Virus record (IMG/VR): IMGVR_UViG_3300025154_001556
From: a virus
Lineage: Duplodnaviria; Caudoviricetes
DNA: 64,000 nt
Reading direction: 5' to 3' (one strand)
The notes beneath the pieces were generated by a model. That model saw only the letters and a list, made by a program, of their open reading frames with translations. It was not told the origin of the DNA and searched no databases. Positions within the stretch are counted from its first letter, which is position 1, and every line of letters begins with the position of its first letter. The translations under genes and the position numbers were made by a program. Positions 9,797 to 19,149 of this stretch are shown in pieces.

Positions 9797-10048
9797 TTAT
9801 AGTGCTAAGCGGACGGTGGTTATATCTAACAAAATTTCACCATCGGAACCGCTGGTTTGTAATTCTTCACCAGTAACTTTGTATATTATAGCAAAATAAT
9901 TGCACAAAGTCAATATCTCTTTTGAAACAGATAACCCAATCTCCACTTTACCTGTTAAATGATTTATAGATGGCTTTATATTACCTGAGGCTATTATGTT
10001 TGGCTCGTGTGGATTATTAGTTCCACGATAGTATGTTTCAAACATCAT
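9797..10048 (-). CDS. Hypothetical protein
   Basis: 83-aa ORF in the operon direction. Confidence 0.5.
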   Translation of the reverse strand: MMFETYYRGTNNPHEPNIIASGNIKPSINHLTGKVEIGLSVSKEILTLCNYFAIIYKVTGEELQTSGSDGEILLDITTVRLAL

Positions 10049-10062
10049 TGTATCTCGTTGAC

Positions 10063-10239
10063 TTAATACATACAGTAACAGCTCATATAAGAGTAGTTGT
10101 GCCTTTTAACAACAGATTTAGGTTTAGGACGATCGTAGATGCGTTCTTTCCAATGATCTTCATCACCACAAACAGGACAAACTGCATGATGAAATAGATA
10201 CCAATAAAGTCTATTTTGCTTTTTTTTACTATTCTTCAT
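10063..10239 (-). CDS. Small Zn-ribbon-like protein (start reassigned from 10368)
   Basis: MKNSKKK...CPVC...CYC. The longer track ORF overlaps thyX by 140 nt, so ATG 10239 is more plausible. Confidence 0.45.
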   Translation of the reverse strand: MKNSKKKQNRLYWYLFHHAVCPVCGDEDHWKERIYDRPKPKSVVKRHNYSYMSCYCMY

Positions 10240-11023
10240 CTTGTTTCTCCAAAGAAGTTTTCCACATAGTGTAACCAGCGAGGACCTCCTCTTTGGTGGG
10301 GTATTTACCACAACTACGTGCTTTATTTTCTGAACAGTAGCCGGCTTGTTGACATTTAGGACCAACATTTTTAAAAACTACTGGTAGTGCTTCCTTACAT
10401 AAAGCCAGCATCTCATTGGCTACATTACGAATTTCCCATTGCGCTAATGTACAGCAGCGTAAACCGAAAAAATGTATTAAGCTCACACAATTTTTAGTTG
10501 TCACTAATCTTGTGATAGCAGCATTAGGCATAAGGTAACGCGCATCCTCACTCTTGATGCTCAATTCTTTGAGTTCATTATATGCTTGCTGTATATACTC
10601 CAAGGCATCGATATAAATTTGCTTAGCAACAGCATGCTTATTTATAGAGGGTGGAATGACAAAATTATTGATATCAAACTCTCCACCATTAGCCACATAC
10701 CGTTGGGACTGCTGGGAATAGCTAGCCATGCGGTGACGTACATGTTGATGGCTATCCGCGCGGGATATACCGTCAATAGCAAATGTAAATTTTACATGTT
10801 CGAGAACACTTGTGTGACCTGATTTAAATAAGTGGTTTATCAACCCCTCTATTTCTTTGTCCGTACACAAATGACCATCTTTGTTATCTGTAATAGACAC
10901 AAAGCCGTCCTCGTCTTCTTGCCAGGAGTCTCCTACCCATCCTTCGGAGTAACACTGTCTACCGGCAGCAAATAGTAATTTCTCAGCATTAGCTGAAACA
11001 TCTAGTAGTTTAACTCTTAACAT
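10229..11023 (-). CDS. thyX: Flavin-dependent thymidylate synthase (start reassigned from 11050)
   Basis: GHTSVLEH, SHQHVRHRMASYSQQSQRY (RHRx7SxR), EDARYLMP, LRCCTLAQWEIR. GAGGTG RBS precedes ATG 11023. Confidence 0.95.
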   Translation of the reverse strand: MLRVKLLDVSANAEKLLFAAGRQCYSEGWVGDSWQEDEDGFVSITDNKDGHLCTDKEIEGLINHLFKSGHTSVLEHVKFTFAIDGISRADSHQHVRHRMASYSQQSQRYVANGGEFDINNFVIPPSINKHAVAKQIYIDALEYIQQAYNELKELSIKSEDARYLMPNAAITRLVTTKNCVSLIHFFGLRCCTLAQWEIRNVANEMLALCKEALPVVFKNVGPKCQQAGYCSENKARSCGKYPTKEEVLAGYTMWKTSLEKQDEE

Positions 11024-11033
11024 AGTGTCACCT

Positions 11034-11195
11034 CTATCCACCAAAACCACAGAATGGGCAAAATTTTAAACTTTTAGAATATAGTCTTTTACAAAGATCA
11101 CACGCGTACTCTACGGTTGTGTTGCTATATGCTTCTTCTATTTCTTTTTCATCAATTTGTACTTGCTCCGGTTTAAGTATAAGCATTTCTTCCAT
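11034..11195 (-). CDS. Small Zn-ribbon protein
   Basis: CDLC...CPFC. AAGGA RBS precedes ATG 11195, which lies downstream of the terminator. Confidence 0.55.
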   Translation of the reverse strand: MEEMLILKPEQVQIDEKEIEEAYSNTTVEYACDLCKRLYSKSLKFCPFCGFGG

Positions 11196-11220
11196 TTTAC
11201 TATCCTTATAGCTAAGCAGC

Positions 11221-11244
11221 AAAAAGGGGACTAAGCCCCTCTTT
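11221..11244 (-). terminator. Intrinsic terminator after the intron-containing glycosyltransferase
   Basis: Minus strand reads AGGGG-CTTAGT-CCCCT-TTTT, beginning just after the stop at 11249. Confidence 0.7.
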
Positions 11245-11248
11245 GTTA

Positions 11249-12799
11249 TTAAAAAGTTTCTGAGTTTATGACGTTGGTGGTCTGTGTTGCTAACATTTCT
11301 GCCACTTTACTTTTTTGTTCAAGCATTGATTTAGATACAGCGTCAAAAGTTTTAACCCAAGTATTACCAACTGCTGTTTGCCAATCTAGGGTACCTGTAA
11401 CAAATTTATACGCCTGCTCGGCCTTAGTCATGGCCTCTTCATAATTATTATACACATGTAGCATCTTGTCGATTAGATCTTCTACATCAACTAATGGGCG
11501 TCTTACTTCGTTGTCATAAGGAAGTACTGTCCATAGACTGGGGTTAGTACCGCTTTTTACAAGGTAGCCCACATCCTCAGTAATATTTTCTATCATTGCT
11601 GTGTTTCTGGGCATAATAACGGGTGTTTTAGCGGCCATTGCTTCTATCCATGAAAGCCCCCACCCTTCACCAAGACTTGCGCTAACAACGCAATCAACAC
11701 AGTTATACAGCATATTAACTATTTCTCTCGGATAGCCTTGATTAGGCCCAAAATTTTGAGGAAATATGACGTCATCGGTTAAACTAAAATCATACGCTCT
11801 ACATACTTCTGGCAGATTCCATCCCTGATCTTGTTTAGCCATATGCAGATATAATAAAGTATTTGGTTCTTTTTTACGTAACTCATGGAATGCTTGGATA
11901 GTCCTAGGAATATCCTTACGTTGCTGATTTCTATTTAGGTTCATGTAAATAAATTTATCAGCATGACGACCAAAGTAACGTTTTCTAAAATCAGCTACTT
12001 CATCCTTAGGTAATGGTTTGTATTCATTGATATTAACCCCATGAGGAATTACAGACATATCACCCACAATTGGGTATGTTTCCTGACATAGCTTTCTACC
12101 AAAGTTAGCGAAAGTAATTACTTCATCACAGAAACTAACATTTTTTATCCACTCTGGCTTAGGTGTACCATCAATGGGAAAATACACCACGGATTTAAAC
12201 GGCGTCTCCCTATTCTTTTTAAGATGTGGAATCAACTCAGGTAAAAAATCCAAAATAAAACTGTCCTGCATAAAAAATAGAATATCAAAATCCATTTTAG
12301 GAATCATATTAACTATCTTTTTACGACCGTAGGGATCTCTTTCCGCATTATTACCTACCGGCCAAATCTTATATGGAAAATCATGTGGATCTCCCCAGTA
12401 ATTTATACCCAACACTTCGATGTCATATCTACCCGTTTTATACAACGCTTCTAAAACATTACGGCTGACTGTTGCAAAACCTGTTGCCAAATATCTTCAT
12501 ATAAGAACGCTACTTCTTATACCGCTTCTTGGGCTGCTGCATGTTTCCATGCAAGTTGAGACTATATCATCATCCACTTGGGATGCTACGTGCTTCCACC
12601 CGCTTGGGTGTACTTCCTTATATGGAATAGTCGTTGCACCTTCCTCTATAAAGAGGCTTGGCTCAGGATTGTCCTCGACTTGACGTTAGGAGTTCCCCTG
12701 AATTCTCGTAGTTATTCGGTACATATTGCTATGTAAAGCTGCACATTATTTACAGGAGGGGGTGTCCATATAACATAAAATTTTAATCTTTTTTCCCAT
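11249..12799 (-). CDS. GT4-like glycosyltransferase, spliced: join(12752..12799, 11249..12487), 428 aa
   Basis: Exon 1 MGKKIKILCYMDTPSC follows an AAGGAG RBS and joins in frame to ATGFATVSRNV. Body has IPHGVN, NLNRNQQRKDIP, SLGEGWGLSWIEAMA. Confidence 0.9.
12488..12751 (-). ncRNA. Group I self-splicing intron, subgroup IA-like, no internal ORF (264 nt)
   Basis: 5' exon ends in U, with P1 CUGU/GCAG giving the U.G pair. Terminal omega-G at 12488. P2 UACAUA-GCAA-UAUGUA; P3 CUACG/CGUAG; P4 UUCAGG/CCUGAG; P7 GACUA/UAGUC; P7.1 and P7.2 hairpins; P8 CAUCC/GGAUG; P9 UGCAUG-GAAA-CAUGCA. Confidence 0.92.
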
Positions 12800-12808
12800 A
12801 GAAACTCC

Positions 12809-13160
12809 TTAATTGTTTAGTAATCTTCCACGATTACGCATTAAAATTGAATACCAGTTCTCGTGCCAAATTCTATCAGTATTAGCACGAGAATTACAAC
12901 TTCTACATAGAGTTATTAAATTAATAGGTCTGCAATCCTCCTTGTCATAATTTATATGATGGATAGTTAACTCCTTAGTTATACCAAAACAGTAAGGATT
13001 TCTACAAACGTTATTATCTCTATATTTTATCGATTCTTTATAAATCTTATCTTTCCAGGCACCACAATTTAGTGCTTGCGTTTATATAAATGTCATCAAT
13101 AAGTGTGTAACCATACTTTTCAAACTGTGCTTTTATAAAGTCAATTGTATGTCTTTTCAT
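12809..13160 (-). pseudogene. Degenerate free-standing HNH endonuclease
   Basis: Fragment A (13047..13160) MKRHTIDFIKAQFEKYGYTLIDDIYINASTKL stops after 37 aa. Fragment B (12809..13066, different frame, no start codon) reads ...IKYRDNNVCRNPYC...LTIHHINYDKEDCRPINLITLCRSCNSRAN. Confidence 0.8.
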
Positions 13161-14317
13161 TTATTTTTTATTTTACGTACATCTAAAAAAGGTGTTGTAA
13201 AATTCACAGTCATGCTATCTACTATTTTAGCCTTGGCTGCGGGGTTCTTATCCATATATTTTTCAATATCTGATTTATTTAAAGATACCATATTCAATAG
13301 ATACTCTTGTGGTACTATTTGTTTAACCGCGCTAATATCGTAAGTTGCTCTACTATTTTGTCTAACATAAACTTCTTTGTCGTCTACTTGTACATTTATA
13401 CCAGTAGTTTTTATACGATCCATAAGAAGTAAAGATAGTTCTTTCTCGCGCATTTCATATATTTTTTTCATCTTTTTAACTTGTTGCCACTCATCGACCA
13501 AAGCACTGTTATCTAAACGATACGCTTCTTGAAATTTGCCGTTCGAATTTGTATATGCCTCTTTATACGCATTACAATATTCTCTAAAATCACACCAAGG
13601 ACAAAATGTGTTTATTGTGGCTTTTACATCCTGCTCTTTCAAGGAAAGCATGGAATCGTACACTAATCTAAGATATTCAGAAAAAGCAGCCCGTTCTTCT
13701 GGTGTACGATAAGAATATAACATCTCATGTTTTAACAAGTCAAGGCTAACTATAATACGCTTTCCAGGCCACAATATACTGGCTACCAAATCATACATAG
13801 ACAACTGTTTGTCTGTTTTTAGTTGATCCGGTGTAGGTGCAGTTTTAGATGTTTTATAGTCCACAATTAGAATGGTGTCTTCATCTACCTGTAATACTTT
13901 ATCAATAGCGCCCAACAACGGCACACCTTCTTTGGTGATTACATCTACACCACCTTTATAACCAAAGGGAGTTTCTAAGCTTATTATTTTGTGCCCTTCA
14001 TGTATAAAATCATTTATTCTATTAGTTACTAATTCTATACCTGTTTGGTGTACGGAAAAATCATCAATTCCTTCTTTTACAGAGACTTCTTTAAACTTAT
14101 TAATAATAGTTTCTTTATCTTTTTTAGTGAACTTCTCTTTTTCCCGCCAGATATTTCCAGCCAACTCCAAGGCAATGTGAACAGCTGTACCTAATTTAAA
14201 TACCGGATTATCTATTTTAGGTAATTTATCATAATAGTTAAACCAGTATTTCTGCTTACATTGCAAAAAAGTACTTATGCGTGTAGCACTTATTTTAATG
14301 CCCTCATTATTTACCAT
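13157..14317 (-). CDS. PD-(D/E)XK nuclease (RecB/AddB/Cas4-like exonuclease)
   Basis: SATRISTFLQCKQKY, GTAVHIALE, GAIDKV...IVDYKT, QLSMY, CPWCDFREYC. Confidence 0.85.
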   Translation of the reverse strand: MVNNEGIKISATRISTFLQCKQKYWFNYYDKLPKIDNPVFKLGTAVHIALELAGNIWREKEKFTKKDKETIINKFKEVSVKEGIDDFSVHQTGIELVTNRINDFIHEGHKIISLETPFGYKGGVDVITKEGVPLLGAIDKVLQVDEDTILIVDYKTSKTAPTPDQLKTDKQLSMYDLVASILWPGKRIIVSLDLLKHEMLYSYRTPEERAAFSEYLRLVYDSMLSLKEQDVKATINTFCPWCDFREYCNAYKEAYTNSNGKFQEAYRLDNSALVDEWQQVKKMKKIYEMREKELSLLLMDRIKTTGINVQVDDKEVYVRQNSRATYDISAVKQIVPQEYLLNMVSLNKSDIEKYMDKNPAAKAKIVDSMTVNFTTPFLDVRKIKNK

Positions 14318-14856
14318 TATACACCCCGAATTAAATGATTGTGAAGAGGATCTTCAATTTTATAAAAATAACCATACTCTTCCGTAAATCTAAATGCTTT
14401 AAGATTAAGTACTATATCAGTATAGCATATGACTTGTGCTAAGGCATCTACTATGTCATTATAGTGTTTATATTCCCAATGCTGTTCTAAAATATCCAGC
14501 ATAAAATTAAAAATCATTTCTTTCTTTTTAGCTTTATAGTAGGCTTTTACCGTATTGGTACTTATTATGTATGGTACTATATTAACCACCTCTTTACATG
14601 TAAGTTTAGCAACACCGGCAAATTCAGCAAGCACTTTTATAGTAGAAGCATTAAGTCCTACAAATATGTCTTCAATAACTATGTTTGTAGGTTTATACGT
14701 TTTTAATATTTTACACAATTCTGTTTTAAATGTCAACAATCTTTCTGTATTTTGCAATTTAGCGTTTGTTTTTATGACCCCAAAATATATACCTGTGTCC
14801 TGCAATACACACCAACCAGTGGAGGCGGCGGAAACATCCAAGCTTAGTATATTCAT
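14317..14856 (-). CDS. RuvC-like Holliday junction resolvase
   Basis: [25 protein letters not shown] (RNase H-fold acidic residues). Confidence 0.8.
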   Translation of the reverse strand: MNILSLDVSAASTGWCVLQDTGIYFGVIKTNAKLQNTERLLTFKTELCKILKTYKPTNIVIEDIFVGLNASTIKVLAEFAGVAKLTCKEVVNIVPYIISTNTVKAYYKAKKKEMIFNFMLDILEQHWEYKHYNDIVDALAQVICYTDIVLNLKAFRFTEEYGYFYKIEDPLHNHLIRGV

Positions 14857-15602
14857 ATAGATCTAAGAACCTCCTCTTGTTCTGCCGTCAGCGTTTCTTT
14901 GCTTGGCAGTTTCATCCGCAGCTGAATAAAGATATTGCCAGCAGGCCCTCCAAAAGTGCCTTTTGGTCCTTGCCCATATAATTTTACAATATCTTTATCT
15001 TTGGCGCCGGGTGGTACAACAAAAGGGATATCAACATTATCCACCATCGTCATACCAAGGCCATCACAAGTTACACATTGATCTTTAATAATTCTACCTT
15101 TACCACGGCAGTGATTACATGTAGTAGTTGAATGCATTCTCATACCTTGAGCTTCTTGTATTTTAGTTAAACGCCCAGCCCCATTACAAGGAGTACATGT
15201 AGCAAAACTAGCGGCCCCTGTACCATTACACGCAGGGCAAGGATCAGGGTAGGATACTTGTATGGATCTTTCCGCTCCTAATATAAAAGCATACAAGGGT
15301 ATATCAACGACATATCTTAAATCTTGCCCTTGTGTAGGCCTGTCTGGCTGAGGACGTGCGTTTCTAAACAGCATATCAAAAGCATTAGTATATCCATTAA
15401 GGGAATTGTCGTAATTACGTCGTTTATTTTCATCTGATAAAATCTCATAAGCTTCGTTTATACGCTTAAAATTTTCCTCTGCTGTGGGGTCATTTTGATT
15501 CTTATCAGGATGATGTAACTTAGCTAATTTACGGTAGGCTTTTTTAATTTCATCCGTAGTCGCTCCATTAGAAACACCTAATATTTTGTAATGATTAGAC
15601 AC
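14853..15602 (-). CDS. dnaJ: DnaJ-type co-chaperone (J domain, Zn finger, shortened C-terminus)
   Basis: YKILGV...[16 protein letters not shown], four CxxCxGxG repeats, [15 protein letters not shown]. Confidence 0.9.
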   Translation of the reverse strand: MSNHYKILGVSNGATTDEIKKAYRKLAKLHHPDKNQNDPTAEENFKRINEAYEILSDENKRRNYDNSLNGYTNAFDMLFRNARPQPDRPTQGQDLRYVVDIPLYAFILGAERSIQVSYPDPCPACNGTGAASFATCTPCNGAGRLTKIQEAQGMRMHSTTTCNHCRGKGRIIKDQCVTCDGLGMTMVDNVDIPFVVPPGAKDKDIVKLYGQGPKGTFGGPAGNIFIQLRMKLPSKETLTAEQEEVLRSI

Positions 15603-15963
15603 CTGCTAATACCTCCCATTCAGTAGAGCAAACAGGACATTTATATTTATTTTCAGTCATTTTATAAGAAACAGAATTACATTTTACACAACGAGTTATA
15701 CAATCCGCCATGGTGTTGGTTGGGATATCTTCATCTAATCCTAAAAGGGTTTCAATACCTTCTATTGCCAGCATCATGTCTCTTAATTCGACATCAGCAA
15801 TAATGTCAACCTCATCTAAAAGAGTGTCGCCGCAATTACGCCAGAAACTACCACATTCCGGACATATATTGTAGTCAACAATAACAGTATCACCACATTT
15901 ACACGGATACTCCTCTTTAAAAAAAACTGTTTCTCCTGTATAATTGCATTTAACACAACTCAT
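15595..15963 (-). CDS. Double Zn-ribbon protein
   Basis: CVKC, CKC, CPEC, CVKC, CPVC. Confidence 0.6.
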   Translation of the reverse strand: MSCVKCNYTGETVFFKEEYPCKCGDTVIVDYNICPECGSFWRNCGDTLLDEVDIIADVELRDMMLAIEGIETLLGLDEDIPTNTMADCITRCVKCNSVSYKMTENKYKCPVCSTEWEVLAGV

Positions 15964-16358
15964 AATTGATCCCCTCCTGTAGGTGCTAACATACTGATAA
16001 TTTGCCCATAAATATCCACGGTGCTCTCATTAAATTTTAAAGCTATTGGCGCAAACAATTCACCTTCTTTTAGATCGGGATATTGTGCCGTAGCAAAAAG
16101 GACTTTTGATATCGCTGGTAGATACATAACAGCGTTTTTTTCATCCAATAAATTAAATTCCCCATCAGATTCAGAAAAAAAATCTGGTGCTAATTCATAA
16201 TAACTGCCTTTACGTGGTATGGTTATTTTATGCTTACCATAAACTTTGAAATAGTAATTTCTTGCCGGTAATAAAGCTATTGTAGGCGTACCCACTTGTT
16301 TTGATTCTACCGCCCAATCTACCAAAGATATGGGATCTACATCTAATCTATTTACCAT
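15960..16358 (-). CDS. Hypothetical protein
   Basis: 132-aa ORF, translationally coupled to its neighbours. Confidence 0.6.
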   Translation of the reverse strand: MVNRLDVDPISLVDWAVESKQVGTPTIALLPARNYYFKVYGKHKITIPRKGSYYELAPDFFSESDGEFNLLDEKNAVMYLPAISKVLFATAQYPDLKEGELFAPIALKFNESTVDIYGQIISMLAPTGGDQL

Positions 16359-16359
16359 A

Positions 16360-16689
16360 TTAATCTCCTTTTAATACTATAAAATTATCTACTATAACTT
16401 CTGTCCAATACTTCTTGTCAAAACCACCACAATGCCTACATTGTCCATTATAACTACTTTCTTCAATGTGACCATGTATCTTTACAAACGTTTTTGGCAC
16501 TACTTCATTTAAAGCCTCAGCCATGCTACCCCAAGCACAGATTTTTATATACTGATAACCTGGGCTATCCGCTGCTGGTAGTGCCAAAGAGGCTTTAAAC
16601 ATAAAGTTATTATTGTCTAATTCTTTAAAATTAGGTTTAGTTATCTTACCCACCAAACTAACAAAATTTTCCCCAATATAAGCATCCAT
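16360..16689 (-). CDS. ssb: Single-stranded DNA-binding protein (OB fold)
   Basis: VSLVGKI, YIKICAWG, VKIHGHIEESSY, WTEVIVDNF; adjacent to primase. Confidence 0.75.
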   Translation of the reverse strand: MDAYIGENFVSLVGKITKPNFKELDNNNFMFKASLALPAADSPGYQYIKICAWGSMAEALNEVVPKTFVKIHGHIEESSYNGQCRHCGGFDKKYWTEVIVDNFIVLKGD

Positions 16690-17732
16690 TAAAATAACCC
16701 ATTTAAATAAGTGTGTACTTGTTCTTTTGTAAGATCTGATGGATCTAACCCTTTACCTTTTTCGTCAATTTCTGTTATAAATTGAGGGATGACTTTTATT
16801 TTACCATTTAAATCTTCACAGGCCTTAGAAGTACATAGAATACCCGCAGGGTCATTATCAAAAAATAACACGCAGCCTTGGTAAGCAAAAGACATAATAA
16901 GATTTAATTGACCAATAGTAACGCTAGATCCTATAACAGCGGCTACATTATGAATACCATACTCATACAGACGCCAAACACTTTTGAAACCTTCAACCAG
17001 TATTAAAGGTTTAATTAACAATAAATCTTTAATATTGTTTAAATTATATAAAACACTGTCCTTATCAAAGTCTGGTGTTAACCTATATTTTTTCTTATTG
17101 TCGCTAACGTCATCACGTATATCTCTAAGACTATAAGCTACAAGGTAACCATCAGAATCTCTGATAGGAATTATGTCTCTTATATACGGATCATTCTTAT
17201 CAGTATAGCCACCTGCTATTTCAAAATAATCCAATGTTTCTTGTTTAAAACCGTCTTTTATGAAACGATCAGATCTGAATTGTTTAAATTTTAATAAGTT
17301 ACTTTCGGATACAATAGCAGGCACATGTCTTTCTGGAAAAAAAGTTGCTGTGTGATCTTCTCGCTGCTTACGGTATTTATAAGCAACTATTTTAGTATCA
17401 AAGTCATCAATACCACCAACCATATTTTTTAAATACTCTACCGCGGCCATAAAATTACAGCCGTTGGTTGCTTTAATTAAGCCTATAATATCATTACCAT
17501 AAATATCATGACATTTATGACTAAAACATACCCAGGTACGTGTTTCCAGATTAAATCTAAAAGAAGTTTCATTGTCCCCACCATGGACTTTACAGGCACA
17601 GCGTAGCTCATGTCTATTTTTATTAAATACTTTAAATCCTAAATGTTCTAATAAAAATTGTGGATCAACTGTTGCTTTAATATACTGCAATTTATCTTTA
17701 AAACTATTTTCAAACGAGTGTGTCGTCGTCAT
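16689..17732 (-). CDS. dnaG: DnaG-type primase
   Basis: CHC2 zinc domain CACKVHGGDNETSF...WVCFSHKC, TOPRIM LVEGFKSV and FFDNDPAG, DPSDL. Confidence 0.9.
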   Translation of the reverse strand: MTTTHSFENSFKDKLQYIKATVDPQFLLEHLGFKVFNKNRHELRCACKVHGGDNETSFRFNLETRTWVCFSHKCHDIYGNDIIGLIKATNGCNFMAAVEYLKNMVGGIDDFDTKIVAYKYRKQREDHTATFFPERHVPAIVSESNLLKFKQFRSDRFIKDGFKQETLDYFEIAGGYTDKNDPYIRDIIPIRDSDGYLVAYSLRDIRDDVSDNKKKYRLTPDFDKDSVLYNLNNIKDLLLIKPLILVEGFKSVWRLYEYGIHNVAAVIGSSVTIGQLNLIMSFAYQGCVLFFDNDPAGILCTSKACEDLNGKIKVIPQFITEIDEKGKGLDPSDLTKEQVHTYLNGLF

Positions 17733-19149
17733 TTATATTTCCTGTGGTGGTTGAACCAAAGTTAACTATATTTTTTGTGTAGTCTACTGGCTGCATAGGA
17801 GCTAAGGTCTCTGTAATTACAAGATTTTGTTTTTTAAAGAAGTATGTTATACCTTCATCAGGGGTGGCGCCGCCTCTTCGCGTATCTTTAATGACCAATT
17901 TAAAATTACCACGAGTTTTGTCTTCGCCAAATTCAATTTTTTCCTGTTCTAATATTTTTTGATCCCTCATGTCCCAATAGGCTACAATATCGGCGTAACG
18001 TGCTATTTTATCACTGTCTGCTATATCGGCAGCTCTGTTTAATTGCACTGCGGTTAACACTGGTATGTTAAGCTGCCCGGCCATATCCTTTAATTTGGTT
18101 GTTACATCACCAAGTATTTGATACTCTTTACGCTCCCCATTAACGCTTTTTAAGTCAGGTTCTTTTATGTAGTCAAAAATTGCCAGAGCTATATTGTGCT
18201 TTAATTTAAATTTTTTATATAAGGCTATAAGCTTATCAACGCTATACCCAGGCATGTATACATGAAATAATTTATTCTTTTCCATGATACGACCAGCTTT
18301 GTCCAATAACATGCCTTCCGAGTCATTCCAACTACCATGTTTTATTTTACGCTCTTCCACCCTTGAAAGCCCTGCTATATTACGTGTACGCCATTCTTCA
18401 AAAGATAACTCCGTGTCCACATATAAGACAGGTAATTTTAAAGTAAAAGCAACATATCTGGCTATGGCGGCTAAAAAAGCACTTTTACCCATCTTCTTTC
18501 TAGCCGCGATCACATGCAGAGCACCATTAGTTAAACCATCGATCTGTCTATCCAAAATGGGAAAGCCTGTACTTAAACCAGTTTGAGTTACAGGATTTTC
18601 TTTACGATCTGCTAGGAAATCTACCACACCTTCGGCTAAATCATGTGGTTCATTTAATGAAGGACCTGTTACTAAGTCTAAAATATCAGCCTCAATTTTA
18701 GCTACAAGATCTACAGCCAGAGAATTATTAGCCATCAGTAAATCGTTAGCATGACATACACTGCTATATAGTTTGTATTTACCGCTAGCGTCTAGAACTT
18801 TTTCTATATGCGCATTTAAATTCTGAGGATTTAAAGCCATACTATGTAACGCATATAAGTATTTACTACCACCAAGCATGTCTAATGCTTGATTATTTTT
18901 AGCACAATCAATGACAGCAGGAATATCAAAGGATTTTATATCCATACTACTAACCATATATCTTAATATAGTGTATAGGGTAGAATGTTCAGGACTAAGA
19001 AAATCTGTTTTATCTAAACGGGACTCTAATGTATATAAACAGTCTATGTTGTTCATAGCCAATGACAATAAAATGCGCTCATCCATATAAGAACAAAAAT
19101 GTTCTTTGGCGGCGTGTAAACTCATCATCTTTCCTTGCGTGTCTGCCAT
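17710..19149 (-). CDS. dnaB: DnaB-family replicative helicase
   Basis: N-terminal helical domain (ERILLS...), TGLSTGFPILD, AARKKMGKS (Walker A), IFDYI, AVQLNR, ADSDKIARYAD. Confidence 0.92.
   Translation of the reverse strand: MADTQGKMMSLHAAKEHFCSYMDERILLSLAMNNIDCLYTLESRLDKTDFLSPEHSTLYTILRYMVSSMDIKSFDIPAVIDCAKNNQALDMLGGSKYLYALHSMALNPQNLNAHIEKVLDASGKYKLYSSVCHANDLLMANNSLAVDLVAKIEADILDLVTGPSLNEPHDLAEGVVDFLADRKENPVTQTGLSTGFPILDRQIDGLTNGALHVIAARKKMGKSAFLAAIARYVAFTLKLPVLYVDTELSFEEWRTRNIAGLSRVEERKIKHGSWNDSEGMLLDKAGRIMEKNKLFHVYMPGYSVDKLIALYKKFKLKHNIALAIFDYIKEPDLKSVNGERKEYQILGDVTTKLKDMAGQLNIPVLTAVQLNRAADIADSDKIARYADIVAYWDMRDQKILEQEKIEFGEDKTRGNFKLVIKDTRRGGATPDEGITYFFKKQNLVITETLAPMQPVDYTKNIVNFGSTTTGNINDDDTLV

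Noticed and set aside
10240-10368. N-terminal extension of the 101-aa ORF
   Set aside because: It overlaps the thyX C-terminus; the coupled ATG at 10239 is more plausible.
12420-12683. Plus-strand 87-aa ORF and the TTG start at 12490
   Set aside because: Both fall on the intron or its boundary. The intron explains the sequence, and the real start is ATG 12799 with an RBS.
12488-12751. Intein, tRNA or riboswitch reading of the insert
   Set aside because: An in-frame stop follows immediately, so it is not an intein. No cloverleaf is present. The pairing pattern matches a group I core.
13157-14317. Cas4 / CRISPR system
   Set aside because: No repeat-spacer array or other cas genes in the window; a stand-alone PD-(D/E)XK nuclease is common in phages.
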